64,000 bases of DNA from Raillietiella orientalis (Eukaryota): NCBI GenBank assembly GCA_036172245.1, contig JAYWIR010000002.1:7006001-7070000 (forward strand). The letters are read 5' to 3'. Below are positions 61,247 through 64,000 of the stretch, one piece after another (the stretch's first letter is position 1; each line of letters begins with the position of its first letter). Position numbers and translations under genes: made by a program. A model generated the notes under the pieces. The model was not told the origin of the DNA, made no database searches, and saw nothing but the letters and a program-made list of their open reading frames with translations.

Positions 61247-63192
61247 TTATGGGTTCCAAGGGGGTCCGCCCTCGGCCAGCCGAGGAAACGGGCGCAGAAG
61301 GAAAAGGAGCGCAGGGAGCGGCCCTCGCCGGCAAAAAGTCAGTCCCCCCCTCCCCCATCTCCTTTCTCTCTCGTACACGCCCTGGGATGGAAAAAAAAAA
61401 GAAAAGAAAAATGGGAGCAGATCCGCGGGGATGGAGTGGCAGGAGACTCCCGCTGCCGGGGACCTTTCCAGTGGAGCGCCCGCTTCTTCCGCTTGCCGCC
61501 CATACCGAGGGAGGAGGGAGGCGATGGAGCTCCCCCTCCCTCAGCAAGGCCCTAAATGGGGGGACCGCAAGCGACGGGGCGGGAAATAGCCCCCCTCCCC
61601 CTACGGCGTTTGCAGTTCCCCCCTCTGCCATCGCTACCACCACGGCGCCTCTTTCGCTTCCGTCACTCTCTGCAGCCGCCTCGGACGGATAATCCAGTGG
61701 TAATCTCTTCCTCTTCCTCCCCCCCCCCTTCTTTTCTCCAGTAGGGTCACGTGACTCGGTTCTGCCCCTGGAACAGCCGCTCGTGCACAGCCAAGGTAGG
61801 CGTAGAGGGGAAGCGGGATGGGGTGGGAGAGGAGGAGCTCCCAACAGTCCTATGGGTCGATGGGCAGCTGCTTTTCGCGAAGGCCAACTCCTGATCTAAG
61901 GGGAGGAAGAAGCGCGGCGCGGCAGCAGCAGCAGCGACGTCCAGCCGGAGGAGCCGGGCGGCGTCCCGCACCCGAAAGTGGTGGTGATGACACTGGCGGA
62001 TCGGTTCGAGCGGGAAGCGGCAGCGGCGGCGGCGGCAGGTGCGCGCCGAGTTGCCCCTCTCCTCGAGCAGGCGGGTAGATGCAGGGATGGAAGAATGGGA
62101 GGGGGGTACAAGAAAGCATGCGGCGGCTAACTTGCTGCGACGGTTGCGAGACGATCCTCGGGAGACCAACGGACGCGCGCGTTCCGGGGCGCACTTCTTT
62201 TTCTCTCCCCCTCCCCTCCCCCCCGTGCTGCTCGTACGCGCGTACGCACATTTCCCTCTCTCCTTTTTTTCCTAGTGCAAACATTGGCTGCCGCCTTCGA
62301 GAGTTGAGCAAGACGGAAATGAAAAACGCAATTCGCCGAAGTGCAATTAAGCGATGGCTGGTGAAACGGAACCACCGAGGGTTTCCCAGAAAGGTCAACA
62401 CAGAATTCCACAAGTTCCCGACGGACCCCCCCCCCCCCCCCAAAGGAACAGCGGCGAAAAAAGACGGCGACGACGAGGGAGAAGACATCTCCCTCCGATA
62501 GACGTGGAAGGTTGTATCGATCGGCATTCCTTCGGTCGGTTCCTGCTCGACCGAGGACGCGGGTACCCCGAGCGACTACTTCCGACATCTCTGAGGAGGA
62601 AGACGGCGAGGGAGGAGGAGGAAAATCCCTGCTCGTTTCCTCCTCTAGACGAGGTCCCTCCGAAGAGAAGGGAGGAGGAGCAGGCGGACGGGGTAGCTGA
62701 GTGGACGGGAAGCGGCATTCTGGATCAAAATGAGGTCGCGAATAGGAATCCACGCAGCCGGCTGCTGTTTGCGGTCGAGTCGCCTTCTTCGATCTCTTCT
62801 CCTAACCGTGAGAGAAACTCCAAGCTGCTGCTGCTGCTGCTGCACCGGAAAAGGACGCAACGGCTTCGTTCACCAGAGCGCCCCCGAACGAACAAACAAA
62901 CGAAATACTAAAGACACCGTGCTGGTTGCAGAAGCAGCATCCGCCCATCTTCCCTGCTGCTGCTGCTGCAGCCTTGCGGTAAGAGAAAAAATCGAGAAGG
63001 ATCGCCCACGGGAGAGATGACAGCAGCACCAGAGCAGCGGCCCCCTCCTCCCCCGCCACGTTCCATCTCGGTTCAGATGCAGGGGCCTGGAGAAGGACGG
63101 GGAGGAGGAGAGTGACGCAACGTATGGAGAGATGCAAACGTGCGCCCGACTCCTTCCAGCGGGCGCACATCGACGGACACCGACTGCTCGCA

Positions 63193-63459
63193 TTGTTGCT
63201 GCTGTGCGCCCCTCACTCGCTCTCCCGCCCTCGTTGTTGCTGCTGTGCGCCCCTCACTCGCTCTCCCGCCCTCGTTGTTGCTGCTGTGCGCCCCTCACTC
63301 GCTCTCCCGCCCTCGTTGTTGCTGCTGTGCGCCCCTCACTCGCTCTCCCGCCCTCGTTGTTGCTGCTGTGCGCCCCTCACTCGCTCTCCCGCCCTCGTTG
63401 TTGCTGCTGTGCGCCCCTCACTCGCTCTCCCGCTCTCGTTGTTGCCTGTGCGCCCCTCC
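63193..63459 (+). repeat. 41-bp minisatellite, 6 full copies plus a partial, in the KLF intron
   Basis: Unit TTGTTGCTGCTGTGCGCCCCTCACTCGCTCTCCCGCCCTCG at 63193, 63234, 63275, 63316, 63357 and 63398. Five copies are identical and the sixth has one substitution. No spacers. Confidence 0.97.
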
Positions 63460-64000
63460 CTTTCTCATTGTTGCCTGTCCTTCTCCCCTTTCTCTCTCAC
63501 TGTGCGTGAGCCTCTCCGCTTCATCATATCATTTGTTTACTGGAAGCACCTGGGGGAATGAAGCCGGGAATACAACGGTGCAAAGTTTTTCCTGAAGGTT
63601 ACACGGGATGCACGCGTTTTCCCCGAAGGTTTCCCTATCCCGTGCTCCATCGGCTTCCATCACCACTGACGGGAAAAGCGGGAGGCGTCATCTTTCCTTC
63701 CGCCCAAACACAGGAGGGAGCCCGGTAGCGGCCAACAAGCGGAAAGGCAGCGCGCGCGCCACAAAGACGACGACGCTTGTTGCACAAGAGAAAGATCCGG
63801 CGCTAGGGATGCAGTTCCCGGAAGCCAAGGGGAGTATCGCTTCTTTCTCTGGATGATCGTGGGCATCAGCGGTCTCTAGAATCAAGAATTTCGTGTGCGT
63901 GCGTGTGTGTTTTTTTTCTTGGAGGGGAACCCCCATACGTCTATGGGGGTTTCCCAAGAAACGACTCCGTCAACAAGAAAAATCCGTTTCTAATGGCTTC

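Noticed and set aside
63193..63459. Possible CRISPR array or Cys-rich repeat protein
   Set aside because: Units are head-to-tail with no unique spacers, no cas genes are present, and 41 bp is not a multiple of three.

Overview
GC-rich metazoan genomic DNA, probably from an invertebrate, with abundant CpG and many homopurine/homopyrimidine and microsatellite tracts. There is no prokaryotic gene organisation and no CRISPR array. The only convincing host coding sequence is the terminal exon of a KLF6/KLF7 (luna-like) Kruppel-like factor on the minus strand (60947-61122, zinc fingers 2-3). Its upstream exons lie beyond the window, and its intron holds a 41-bp minisatellite. Much of the remaining ~60 kb downstream of that gene consists of decayed non-LTR retrotransposons of L1/Tx1-like type. 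I can see about ten 3' ends of one family plus scattered RT and endonuclease remnants. The most notable structure: (i) a conserved three-part RNA secondary structure around AATAAA at the family's 3' end, with pairing kept despite sequence change and no poly(A) tail; (ii) three near-identical repeat pairs that are all inverted; (iii) a shared internal deletion marking a possible non-autonomous sub-lineage; (iv) a cryptic 24-bp periodic array inside a 93-bp inverted repeat. Almost all ORFs in the supplied track look like by-products of high GC. I see no evidence for a new multi-gene system. All alignments were made by eye, and retroelement 5' boundaries are approximate.
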